Position numbers and translations under genes: made by a program. Shown here one piece after another: positions 8,239 through 17,120 of a DNA stretch of 64,000 bases. The stretch lies in NCBI GenBank assembly GCA_963704145.1, contig CAVPHB010000001.1, positions 91,212-155,211 on the forward strand, written 5' to 3'. This stretch comes from an uncultured Chloroflexia bacterium (GTDB lineage: Bacteria; Chloroflexota; Limnocylindria; Limnocylindrales; CSP1-4). Below the pieces are notes generated by a model. The model ran no database searches. It saw nothing but the letters and a program-made list of their open reading frames with translations, and was not told the origin of the DNA. Numbering within the stretch: the first letter of the stretch is position 1; each line of letters begins with the position of its first letter.

Positions 8239-9474
8239 GTGATGTTACGCAACGCGTACGATGGGGAACCCCGTCCCCGCCGGTGGCGAGCACCGAGGAG
8301 CGTATCGACCATGGCCAGCCCTGTGACCAGCACGAGCGATCTGCTGCGTTCGCTGGGCCTGTCCGTCGACGGCCCGGCACGCTGGGGCAACCCGGTCGCC
8401 AGCCGCGCGGCCGGTGTCTTCGTGGTCGAGCTGCCCGGGGGCGCGGACAGCCCACCGATCGACATGATCTCGGTGCGCCGCTGGGTCGAGCGCGTGCCGG
8501 CGATGTTGCTCGATGGCGAGCCAAGCACCGCCCAGGAGGTGGCCCGCCAACTGGCCGCCTTCTGGCTGCCCGGTGAGCCGATCCTCTATGTCGGCCGCTC
8601 AGCCAAGTCGATCGGTGCGCGCGTGGGGTCGATGTACGCCACCGAGCTGGGCGACGCGCGGCCCTATCCCGCCGGCCATTGGCTCAAGACGTTGTCGGTG
8701 CTGACCAGCATGCGCGTGTGGTGGGCCGAAACCAACGCCCACGAGGAGTACGAGGACGCGCTGCTGGCGGCAGTCGCCGGACGGGCGAGCCCTGAGGCCA
8801 TCGCCACGCTGCCCGACGCGAGCGTGGTGCTGCCCTTCGCCAACCTGTCCGGACCGGGCGGCCCCAAGCGCCATGGCCTCACGCACGCACTGCGCGACGT
8901 TGACAGCACGACCGTGTCGGCCACTAGCGGCCCCGCCCGCCGGCGCGCAGCGGCCCGCCCGCGCTCCGCCGCCAGCACACCGCGCGAGCCGCGGCTGAAG
9001 GTCAGCCGGCCGGTGCCCGACCCAACGTACGTGTCGCGCGAAGGCCTCGACCGCCTGACCGCGGAGCTCGACGAGCTGCGCGCGAACGTGCGACCCCAGG
9101 TCATCGCCCGCGTCAAGGCCGCGCGCGAGCTGGGTGACCTGAAAGAGAACGCCGACTACGAGTACGCGCGCAAGGAACAATCGTTCGTCGAGGGGCGCAT
9201 CAAGACGCTCGAAGCGATGATCACCACCGGCGTCGTGATCGATGCGCCGGCAGCCGCCGAGACCGTGCACCTCGGTTCGACGGTGGTCGTCGAGTCGGAC
9301 GGCGAGCAGGATGTCTACCTCGTCGTTGGTTCGGCCGAGGCCGATCCGCCCAACGGACGCATCTCGTACATCTCGCCCGTCGGCCGCGCCCTGATGGGCG
9401 CGCGGGCAGGCGACGAGGTCTCCGTTCAGCTCCCGCGCGGGTCGATCAAGTACCGCATCCGCGAGATCCGCTGA
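8239..9474 (+). CDS. greA: Transcript-cleavage factor GreA with a ~260-aa N-terminal extension (GIY-YIG-like domain plus Arg/Ala/Pro linker)
   Basis: Uninterrupted 411-aa ORF. The C-terminal 147 aa (from GTG 9031) form a complete Gre factor: coiled coil LTAELDELRANVRPQVIARVKAARELGDLKENADYEYARKEQ (acidic tip) plus a globular domain (…ISYISPVGRALMGARAGDEV…). Upstream in the same frame are GVFVVEL … ILYVGRSAKSIGARVGSMY … EEYEDALL … LPFAN. Alternative N-terminal start is ATG 8311. Confidence 0.8.
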   Translation: MMLRNAYDGEPRPRRWRAPRSVSTMASPVTSTSDLLRSLGLSVDGPARWGNPVASRAAGVFVVELPGGADSPPIDMISVRRWVERVPAMLLDGEPSTAQEVARQLAAFWLPGEPILYVGRSAKSIGARVGSMYATELGDARPYPAGHWLKTLSVLTSMRVWWAETNAHEEYEDALLAAVAGRASPEAIATLPDASVVLPFANLSGPGGPKRHGLTHALRDVDSTTVSATSGPARRRAAARPRSAASTPREPRLKVSRPVPDPTYVSREGLDRLTAELDELRANVRPQVIARVKAARELGDLKENADYEYARKEQSFVEGRIKTLEAMITTGVVIDAPAAAETVHLGSTVVVESDGEQDVYLVVGSAEADPPNGRISYISPVGRALMGARAGDEVSVQLPRGSIKYRIREIR

Positions 9475-9477
9475 CCT

Positions 9478-10284
9478 TCAGGGTCGCTCGAGGCCGTGTG
9501 CCTCCAGCAGTCGCTCGTCGCCCAGGATCGTGGTCGCGGGCCCGTCGGCCACGATCAGACCGTCGTCCATCAGGACCACCCGCTCGAATACCTCGGCCAC
9601 CAGGCGCATGTCGTGCGTCGAGGCCACGATGGTCTGCGACCTGGCGCGCAGCACCGCGATGAACTCCCTTCGCCCACGCGGGTCGAGGCCGGCTGACGGC
9701 TCGTCGAACACGAGCACCTGCGGATCCATCGACAGGACCGTGGCCAGGGCGACGCGCTTGCGCTGACCCAGGCTCAGCCGATGCGGCATGCGGCGCTCGA
9801 AGCCGGTCATGCCGACGGCGGCCAGGGCCCGCTCGACCCGATGGTGGATGTCCTGTTCGGGCAAGCCCATGTGCAGCGGGCCGAAGGCGACGTCCTCGAA
9901 CACGGTCGGGCTGAAGAGCTGGTCGTCGGGATCCTGGAAGACGACGCCAACGCGAGCGCGAACGCGGCGCACCGTCGACCGGTCGACGACCAGGTCGCCC
10001 ACCCGGACCGTCCCGTGGGTCGGCTCGAAGATGCCGTTCAGGTGCAGCAGCAGCGTGCTCTTGCCGGCGCCGTTCGGCCCGACCACGGCGACCTTCTCAC
10101 CGGCCGCGATGGCCAGCTCGATCCCCTTGAGCGCCTCGAAGCCGTCCGGATAGCGGAAGTGAAGGTGCTCGATCAGGACCTCGGCGCCGGCCGCGTTGCC
10201 CGGGCCGGTGACGTCCGGCTGGTCATGATGATGGGCGCCGGCCTGATGGGCGTGGGCGTGTACGTGCGGCGCGGGTTGGGTCAT
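9478..10284 (-). CDS. cbiO: Cobalt/nickel ECF-type transporter ATPase CbiO, with a His-rich N-terminal tail
   Basis: 268-aa ORF with Walker A GPNGAGKST, signature LSLGQRKR and Walker B LVFDEPSAGLD. The N-terminus reads MTQPAPHVHAHAHQAGAHHHD. Its start overlaps the cbiQ stop (10281-10284). Confidence 0.9.
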   Translation of the reverse strand: MTQPAPHVHAHAHQAGAHHHDQPDVTGPGNAAGAEVLIEHLHFRYPDGFEALKGIELAIAAGEKVAVVGPNGAGKSTLLLHLNGIFEPTHGTVRVGDLVVDRSTVRRVRARVGVVFQDPDDQLFSPTVFEDVAFGPLHMGLPEQDIHHRVERALAAVGMTGFERRMPHRLSLGQRKRVALATVLSMDPQVLVFDEPSAGLDPRGRREFIAVLRARSQTIVASTHDMRLVAEVFERVVLMDDGLIVADGPATTILGDERLLEAHGLERP

Positions 10285-11075
10285 ATGCGCGGCAGCCAGA
10301 GCTGCGCCGTGACGATCAGGCCGAGGCAGGCCAGCAACACGACCGCCAGCACCAGGTATTCACCGGCGCGCACCTGTCGGCCGTGCATGTGCCGGAACTC
10401 ACCTTCGAAGCCGCGCGCTTGCATCGCCGCGTAGATCCGTTCGCTGCGCTCGTACGAGCGCAGGAAGAGCGAGCCGACCAGCGCGCCGGTCACCCGCGCC
10501 CGCCACAGCCAGCTGCCGCCGCCGCGTCCGTCGACGACCGCCGAGCGGGCCGCGCGCGCCCGGGTCATACGCCCACCCTCGCTGACCAGGACCGCCAAGT
10601 AGCGATAGGTGAAGCTGATGATGGCGACCATCACCCGCGGCAGACGCAGCTGGCGCAGACCGTCGACGAGCTCGTGGAAGGGCGTCGTGAAGGCGAGCAG
10701 CAGCGCGGCCTGGACGCTGATCCACGATTTGAGGGCAATCGTCGTGAACTGGCGCAGCCCTTCCCCGCTGACGGTCAGCGTCAGCGGGCCGAGCGCGATC
10801 TGGCCCAACGGATCCTCGGGCCGGGTGAAGACGAGCGGCAGCGCGGCGAGCATGAACGGCAGCGCGAAGAACGCCCGGCGAGCCGGCAGCAGCGGACCGA
10901 GGTGGGCGCCAAAGGCAGTCGAGACGACGCCCAGCCAGGCCACGGCGAGGGCGAGGTAGCCGCCCACCGGCAGCAGGCTGACCGTGACGATGAACGCGAT
11001 CGTCCCGAGGAACTTGACCCGTGCATCGGCGCGATGCAGCGGGCTCGGACGGGCGATGTAGCGATCGAGGTCCAG
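10281..11075 (-). CDS. cbiQ: Cobalt/nickel ECF transporter transmembrane (T) component CbiQ; start codon uncertain
   Basis: The ORF track starts at GTG 10967. The same frame upstream reads TTLDLDRYIARPSPLHRADARVKFLGTIAFIVTVSLLP, a typical CbiQ N-terminus, right after the cbiN stop (TAG 11085-11087). CTG 11075 is the only near-cognate start I see there. Confidence 0.75.
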   Translation of the reverse strand: MDLDRYIARPSPLHRADARVKFLGTIAFIVTVSLLPVGGYLALAVAWLGVVSTAFGAHLGPLLPARRAFFALPFMLAALPLVFTRPEDPLGQIALGPLTLTVSGEGLRQFTTIALKSWISVQAALLLAFTTPFHELVDGLRQLRLPRVMVAIISFTYRYLAVLVSEGGRMTRARAARSAVVDGRGGGSWLWRARVTGALVGSLFLRSYERSERIYAAMQARGFEGEFRHMHGRQVRAGEYLVLAVVLLACLGLIVTAQLWLPRI

Positions 11076-11084
11076 GGTAGTGGC

Positions 11085-11411
11085 CTACGACTGCCGGCGC
11101 CGGGAAAGCAGACGACCGAGCAACACCATCGCCCCGAAGACGAGCGCGACGCCGATCAACCCGGCGATGATCTTCGACAGGTTGCCGTCGATCCCGGGCA
11201 CGTTGTAGCCCGGTAGGAGCGAATAGAGGGCGGCCTGGGCGGCCTCGAGGAAGCCCTGGTCCTGGGCCACCCGCTGCAGACCATCGGGGTCAGGCGAGGC
11301 CAGCGGCGCCAGCACGATCACGACCAGGGCGGCGATGGCCAGCCCGGCCAGCCACCAGTGGCGCCGGATGGCCGAGCGCGGGGCGGGCTGCCTGTTCGGC
11401 TGATCGGCCAT
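11085..11411 (-). CDS. cbiN: Small membrane component of the Co/Ni transporter (CbiN-like / PDGLE-domain protein)
   Basis: Inside ORF 11085..11636 I prefer the ATG at 11411 (MADQPNRQ…WWLAGLAIAALVVIVLAPLASPDPDGLQRV…IAGLIGVALVFGAMVLLG). It has two TM helices flanking a PDGL motif. There is an ATGA overlap with the cbiM stop. Confidence 0.65.
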   Translation of the reverse strand: MADQPNRQPAPRSAIRRHWWLAGLAIAALVVIVLAPLASPDPDGLQRVAQDQGFLEAAQAALYSLLPGYNVPGIDGNLSKIIAGLIGVALVFGAMVLLGRLLSRRRQS

Positions 11412-12076
11412 CAGATCGCTCCGCCGGCCGGGGCCGGGCGGGCGTCGCGCAGCCTGAGCAGGTCGGCCCGGGTAACGGCGATGAACGCCAGCGCGGCCAT
11501 GGTGATCAGGGCTTCGCCGATCCCGATCAGGGTATGGACGCCGACCATCGCCGGCAGGGCGATCTCGAGCGGCGTGGTGCCGCTCAGGACCAGCTGGACC
11601 GTCATCGCGATCGATCCCAGCACGACCGAAGACCACGCCGCGATGCCCGCCGCTGGGATGCGCCGCCGCTCCTCACCGCCGAGCAGCCGGGCGATCACCC
11701 GATACAGGTAGTACCCACCGAGCGTGCCGACAATGCCCATGTCGAAGATGTTGGCGCCCATGACCACCAGGCCGCCGTCCTGGAAGACGATCGCCTGGAT
11801 GGCAACCACGCAGGCCATCGCCAGCGTGCCCGCCCACGGTCCGAGGAGTACCGCGGCCAGGACGCCGCCGAGCAGGTGGCCGGTCGTGCCACCAAAGACC
11901 TGGAAGTTGAACATCTGGGCGGCAAAGATGAATGCCGCCATCACGCCGAGAAGCGGCACGGCGCGCTCGTCGAGCGTGGCGTTGGTGCGTCTGACCGCGA
12001 CGGCCAGGACGAGGGCGGTGAGCAGCCACATCGCCGCGGCAACGGGCAGCGACAGGAACCCGTCCGGCGCGTGCAT
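11411..12076 (-). CDS. cbiM: Cobalt/nickel ECF transporter substrate-capture component CbiM/NikM
   Basis: Inside ORF 11411..12214 I prefer the ATG at 12076, giving an N-terminus MHAPDGF. This is the canonical M-H-x-P-D-G metal-binding N-terminus of CbiM/NikM. The protein is polytopic. Confidence 0.85.
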   Translation of the reverse strand: MHAPDGFLSLPVAAAMWLLTALVLAVAVRRTNATLDERAVPLLGVMAAFIFAAQMFNFQVFGGTTGHLLGGVLAAVLLGPWAGTLAMACVVAIQAIVFQDGGLVVMGANIFDMGIVGTLGGYYLYRVIARLLGGEERRRIPAAGIAAWSSVVLGSIAMTVQLVLSGTTPLEIALPAMVGVHTLIGIGEALITMAALAFIAVTRADLLRLRDARPAPAGGAI

Positions 12077-12179
12077 CTGCAGCGGATCGATGATCCGGCT
12101 CGGTCCAGAGCCGGCGATGGCGGCGAGCACTCGTCTTTCCTCCAGCCCAGTTGCCCGGCATCGTAGCCGCAGCCCGTCC

Positions 12180-12201
12180 TTATTGCAACAGCAGGCAATA
12201 A
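12180..12201. promoter_or_regulatory. AT-rich 7-8-7 perfect inverted repeat in the divergent cbiM / Fur-family promoter region (putative metalloregulator operator)
   Basis: TTATTGC-AACAGCAG-GCAATAA read directly from the sequence. It is flanked by TATACT / TATATG -10-like hexamers and lies 27 nt upstream of the regulator ATG (12228). Confidence 0.5.
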
Positions 12202-12227
12202 CTTCGCCGTGCATATACTGGGTAACG

Positions 12228-12695
12228 ATGACCAGCCCCGGAGCGGCGGCGACGCGTGATCAGGCGGCCCAGTGGAGCCAGGTCCGCGCCCGGTTGCGCG
12301 CCCGCGGGCTGCGTTGGACGCCGCAGCGACGGCTGGTCATGGAAGTGCTCGCCCAGGCCCGCGGCCACGTCACCGGCAGCGACCTTGTCGAACGCTGTCG
12401 CGTGCGCGACCCGGACACGACCCCCTCCACCGTCTACCGCACGCTCGACGTGCTCGAGGAGCTTGGCTACATACGCCACAGCCACTCGGCCGCCGGACGA
12501 GAGGAGTTCCACGTGATGCCCGGGGCGGAGCACGGACACCTAGAGTGCCGCATCTGTGGGCGAACCTGGGAGCTCGAGGCGCGCGATACGGCGGCCATCG
12601 CCGATCCGATCAGCGACCGCTTCGCCTTCAAGCCCGATGTGGGCCACCTGACCATCTCGGGCGTCTGCTCAGCCTGCGCTGCCGGCGGCGGCTGA
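12228..12695 (+). CDS. Fur-family metalloregulator (Fur/Zur/Nur-type; metal specificity unknown)
   Basis: Inside ORF 11724..12695, starting at ATG 12228. It reads GLRWTPQRRLVMEVL…VTGSDLVERC…PSTVYRTLDVLEELGYI…HGHLECRICG…CSAC, i.e. a winged helix plus two CxxC pairs. Confidence 0.85.
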   Translation: MTSPGAAATRDQAAQWSQVRARLRARGLRWTPQRRLVMEVLAQARGHVTGSDLVERCRVRDPDTTPSTVYRTLDVLEELGYIRHSHSAAGREEFHVMPGAEHGHLECRICGRTWELEARDTAAIADPISDRFAFKPDVGHLTISGVCSACAAGGG

Positions 12696-12703
12696 GCTCC
12701 TGA

Positions 12704-13244
12704 TCAGCACGCGCCCGGGAGGCGCTGCGGCCGTCGCTCGCCCTGGGCGAACGGGTCGCCCATCAGCTGGGTCAACAGATCGATCGTGTCCTGGTCGGCC
12801 CCCAGATACAGGACGATGATCCGATCGCGCTGCCAGAACTTCGGCCAGCCGTCCCAGTCGATCATGGAGGTCCCGATGTTCGAGGGATCGGTCGGGTCGA
12901 TGGCGGCGCTGACCGACGCACGCTCCTGCTCGGATGCGTAGGCGAAGACGCGGACGTCCTCACCGGCGACGCAGATCACGAGCTGTTCGACGGCCAGTGG
13001 CTGGCCGTCGAACGAGTCTGCAACCGCGGCCTCAGACCCGGCGTCGGTGAGGTCGTCGACCAGCCCGACCGGGCCGTGTCGGAAAGCTCGGCGTCGCCTG
13101 CGGTGGCGAGGCAGTCGCGTTGCCCGGCCCGCCGGATGCGACAGGCGACGGGGTCGCTGATCCGGGCGCGGGTGCGGGGCTTGCGCAGCCGAATATCGAA
13201 AGGCCCAGGGCAACGAGCAGCAGCATCAACGGTCTCTTTGCCAT
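12704..13244 (-). pseudogene. Hypothetical lipoprotein, reading frame switches once (~13075)
   Basis: The signal/lipobox MAKRPLMLLLVALGLSIFGCASP is in ORF 13032..13244. The body (…DDLTDAGSEAAVADSFDGQPLAVEQLVICVAGEDVRVF…IIVLYLGADQDTIDLL…) is in ORF 12704..13213. Confidence 0.5.
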
Positions 13245-13326
13245 TGCCGCATGACCGTGAACGCAGCGCGCGAGTTCCCGGGCTCAGCGCCTGCCGCCGC
13301 CGTCGGCGGCGGCTGGGAGTATCGGC

Positions 13327-13699
13327 TCAGGCGCCGTTATCGGTCCCGCCGTCATCCTCTTCGTCGCCCAGCACCGTCAACTGGTGCGGTGCGTCGGGGG
13401 CGATCTCGACGCGCCGGCTGCGCGGCCGCGCTGGGTCGGCGCCCATCCGCCGGCGCGTCTCTACATCGACGCCGCCGCCGTTGCCCTCCAGCGCCGGGTG
13501 CTCGACCAGCGCGATGAGTCGGTTGGCCATGAAGCGGCCGGTGCGCACGGGCGTGCCCGAGCGCGTCACCTCGCGTGACCTCGACCACGCCGCGGCGGTT
13601 CGTGATCTCGATCCGCCGCCCGGCGCGGCGCGCGACGATCTCGAACGTCTGGGTGCCCTGGCCGGTATCGACTACCGCCTCAACCCGATCACCCTTCAT
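13327..13699 (-). pseudogene. Small hypothetical protein, reading frame switches once (~13570)
   Basis: MKGDRVEAVVDTGQGTQTFEIVARRAGRRIEITNRRGVVEVT (ORF 13352..13699) continues as …TRSGTPVRTGRFMANRLIALVEHP… (ORF 13327..13569). I do not recognise a family. Confidence 0.35.
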
Positions 13700-14819
13700 G
13701 GCCGGAGGATACGCCTGGTATAGCGCGCACTTCCTGGCGCATGAACGACCACGTAGGCCAACGCGAAGGCGCCGCGGTGAGCGCGATCAGGCCGATGAAC
13801 TGCGGCCAGACCACGAGCAGGCTCTGGTCGAGCGACAGGATCGATGGCAGCGCGCGCTCCTCCGGCCTGCGCCCCGAGTACGCCGTTACATCGAACGTCC
13901 GCATACTCGGGTCGAGCATTGCCGCGCGTCGACTCGCTAAAGAGCTGGCTGGGCGAGATGAACGACAGGTTGCGCTGCGTGCGCCTCGTTGGCGACGACC
14001 GCCTCGGCGCTGTCCTCGCCCATCGGCGGGACGAGCGTCAGGAACGACGCCGACCAGCAGGCTGACGAACAGCGTCAGCACGAGCCACACGGCGATCGCC
14101 ACCAGCGCCGACGTCGCCGCCCGACGCATGAGCACCGAGCAGAGCAGCGCCAGCGCCAGCCACAGCGCCGACGTAGACGACGGCGAGACGATCCAGACCA
14201 GCGAGGCGGACGACCTCCTCGATGCTCGGGCAGGATGCCCAGCTGGAGGACGCCGATGGCCGCCGACGACGGCGATGATGGCGATGAAGATGACCGCGAT
14301 CGCCGACAGCCCGGCGACGAACTTGCCGTTGATGACGTCGTCGCGGTGGATCGGCTGCGACGATCAGGCGCGGCAGCGTGCCCTCGGACCGCTCGCCGTT
14401 GATCGCCGTCGAAGCCGAAGGCGATGCCCAGCAACGGGCCCGAGGAAGGCCGATGAACGAGGTGAACGGCGGGACTTCGCCGCGGGTAGGTGAACAGGTT
14501 CAGGAACAGCGACGGCGCGCCGCTGGCGTCCGGGGCCACGTCCTCGGATCGCGCCGGCGGTGGCATAGACCGACGCAGCGGCGGCCAGCGCCAGCACGAG
14601 CGTGAGCACCAGGAACCGGACGCTCGAGGACGTGGTCGGCGAACTCCTTGGCGGCGATGACGCGCCAGCCCGGCGCGCAGGCCCGTTCGGCGCGCGGCGC
14701 GGTCGTAGCGGCGCTCGGCCGGCTGCCGGGTCGGCCGGGCGCGGACGGAGGTTCTTGCGCCGCCGGCCGCGCGCGGTCGCGTCCGGTGCGCTGGCCACCG
14801 AGTTGGACTGGCCGCTCAT
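13689..14819 (-). pseudogene. ABC-2-type transporter permease, multiple frame switches
   Basis: The ATG at 14819 overlaps the ATPase stop (ATGA). Hydrophobic segments are spread over three frames (…VRFLVLTLVLALAAAASVYATAG…; …ATSALVAIAVWLVLTLFVSLLVGVV…; …ILSLDQSLLVVWPQFIGLIALTAAP…). Confidence 0.5.
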
Positions 14820-15816
14820 GCGGCCGCGCTCGCTGGCCGCGAAGTAGCGCCGGTAGATCTCGTCGAGCTCGTCGCCGCGGCGGCGCAGGTGGGACGGCGG
14901 GTGACCGGCCTCGACCATCGCCCGCACCAGGTCGGCCCGGATGTCGCGCTCGGCCGACACGACCAGCATGCGCGCGATCGCGTTCGTCGGCGTCGACGCC
15001 GAGTCACACCGCGGACCTTGGCGACGGCCTGGCGGCGTCGCGTCGAGCGGCCGGCCGCCTGGACGCTCGATCTCGATCGGCCCGCTGCCGAGCTGCTCGG
15101 CCAGCTTGTCCATCGCGCCCGCTGGCCACCAGCTTGCCGGCGACGAAGATGCCGACCTGGTCGCACACCTGCTGGACCTGGTGGAGCAGGTGGCTGGCCA
15201 GCAGCACCGCAGCACCGTCGTCGGGCCAGCTCACGCACCAGTCCAGCACTTCGACCGACGCCGGCCGGGTCGATCGCGGTGGTCGGCTCGTCGAGGATGA
15301 CGATCGACGGGCTCTTGACCAGGACGTCGGCGAGGCCCAGCCGCTGGCGCATGCCGCGCGAGTAGGTCTCGACCTTGTTGTCGGCGGCACCGGTCAGACC
15401 GACACGCTCGAGCAGCTCGTCGATGCGCTCCTCGGCCGCGTGCTTCGGTCGATGCCGTTCAGGCGGGCCGTGTAGCGCAGGTTCTGGCGACCGGTCATGG
15501 CCGCCGTAGAAGCCGACGCTGTCGGGCAGGTAGCCCACCTGACGCTTGACCGCCAGCGGGTGGCGCACCGGATCGAGGTCGAGCACGCGCGCCGTGCCGG
15601 CCGATCGGCTCGGTACAGGCCGAGCAGCATCAGGATGGTCGTCGTCTTGCCCGCGCCGTTGGGCCCGAGCAGGCCGAATACCTCGCCGTGCTTGACCGTC
15701 AGATCGAGCTGGTCGACCGCGGTGAACGTCCCGTAGCGCTTGGTCAGGCCCTTCGTGCGGATCGCCGGGGCGCCCGATGGCGCGGTCTGGCCGACCGCCG
15801 ACTCAGCGCCGGCCAT
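14816..15816 (-). pseudogene. ABC transporter ATP-binding protein (ABC-2/DrrA-like), at least 4 frame switches
   Basis: [50 protein letters not shown] is in the frame of ORF 15394..16983. [22 protein letters not shown] and [35 protein letters not shown] are in 14816..15586. [20 protein letters not shown] is in 15004..15390. The C-terminus is in 14364..15215. Confidence 0.8.
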
Positions 15817-16983
15817 AGCGCTGGAAGACAAAGAACAGGCCGATGGCGCACGACGGCCAGGATGCCGATTCCGATGACAGGCCGCCCAGCGGCGACGTCT
15901 CCACCGTCGTGCGAAGCTCGATGCGAGTCGCTGGCCTCCTCGGTCGAGGCACGCAGGCTCACCACGTAGTCGCCGGCGACGGCGTTGTTGGCCGCCTGGA
16001 TGGTGACCGGAATGGTCACCTGCTGACGGGCGGGGATGGACCGGGATCGTCTCGGACTGGAAGGTGACCGTCCAGTTGCGCGGCGGCGTGGCCGTCAGGG
16101 CGACGTTCTCGAGCGGCGCGCTGCCTTCGTTGAAGACCACGATGGACAGCGTGGTCGTGCTGCCGACGGTCACCTTGGCGCTCAGGCGCTGGTCCTCTGT
16201 CGTCATCGACATGGCGTAGTTGCCGGTGATCTCGACTCCGAGCTGCGCCTCGACTGGCTGCGGGCCACCGAGTGCTCGAACCGTGATCGGATAGGTTCCG
16301 GCAGCTTCGTTGTTGGGCGGGTTGATCGTCACCCGGACGGTCGACTTGCCGCCCGAATCGACGACCGCCGTGGTCGCCTGGGCGTCGCCACCCGGCCGCG
16401 CGTCGATCAGCCAGCCGGGAAAGCCGTCAGCCTCGAAGCTGAACGTGATCTGCTGGTTGGTGTCGTTCTGCAGGTCAAGCGAGAAGTCGAAGGTCGCATC
16501 GGCCGAGCCGCTCTGGGTCGGGAAGTTGGAGGACATCGTCACGGCGCCCGGCTCGACCTGCTCGATGGCGAGGTCGAGCGTCAGTCGAGTCGTGATGCCG
16601 GCCCCGCTGCGGCCCTCGATGACCACCTGGTTGGTGCCCGCGACGGCGACGTCGGGGACGGCCACCTCGGCGCTGAACTCGGCGCTGAACTGCGTCGGCA
16701 GATCCGGGTTGGCCTCGGTCGTCACCGCCGCGATGGTTGAGCCACCGCCACGCAGACGGGTCGTCCAGCCGTCGGGCTGGCCGACTACGGCAAGGTCAAC
16801 CCGCTGGGCCGTGTCGGTGGTGACGGTGACAGCGAACTTGGCCGTTGCCCCGGGATCGGCCACCACGGATGGGAAGGGCGTGGTGATCTCGAGCGGCCCC
16901 TGGGCCAGCACGGCCGCCGGCAGGATCAGGAGCATGACCAGCGAAGCGGCCAGAACCGCACGCAGAACGCGCATCTTCAGCAA
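15803..16983 (-). pseudogene. Exported NEW3/CARDB-like repeat protein with a C-terminal TM anchor (typical partner of ABC-2 exporters), at least 3 frame switches near the 3' end
   Basis: It has a signal peptide ([29 protein letters not shown]) and repeated beta-rich modules (…[16 protein letters not shown]…, …[12 protein letters not shown]…, …[19 protein letters not shown]…). The tail continues in ORF 15744..16019 ([24 protein letters not shown]) and a third frame that ends …[12 protein letters not shown]. Confidence 0.6.
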
Positions 16984-17120
16984 ACTCCAGTCGTTGGTGG
17001 GCTATTCACGGCAGGCGGGCGGCATTCGTTGCTGCAGCTCCGATGTCAGCCGGGGCCGCTCGCGCCCAATATCGTCGCTCGCCAACGTTGCGAGCGGGCG
17101 ATCGGCTGGTGCCGTTTTCT

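Noticed and set aside
12077-12227. Cobalamin or NiCo riboswitch in the cbiM leader
   Set aside because: I could not find a B12-box-like element or the conserved riboswitch helices by eye. The region is short and better explained by a protein operator. An Infernal scan would be needed to exclude it formally.
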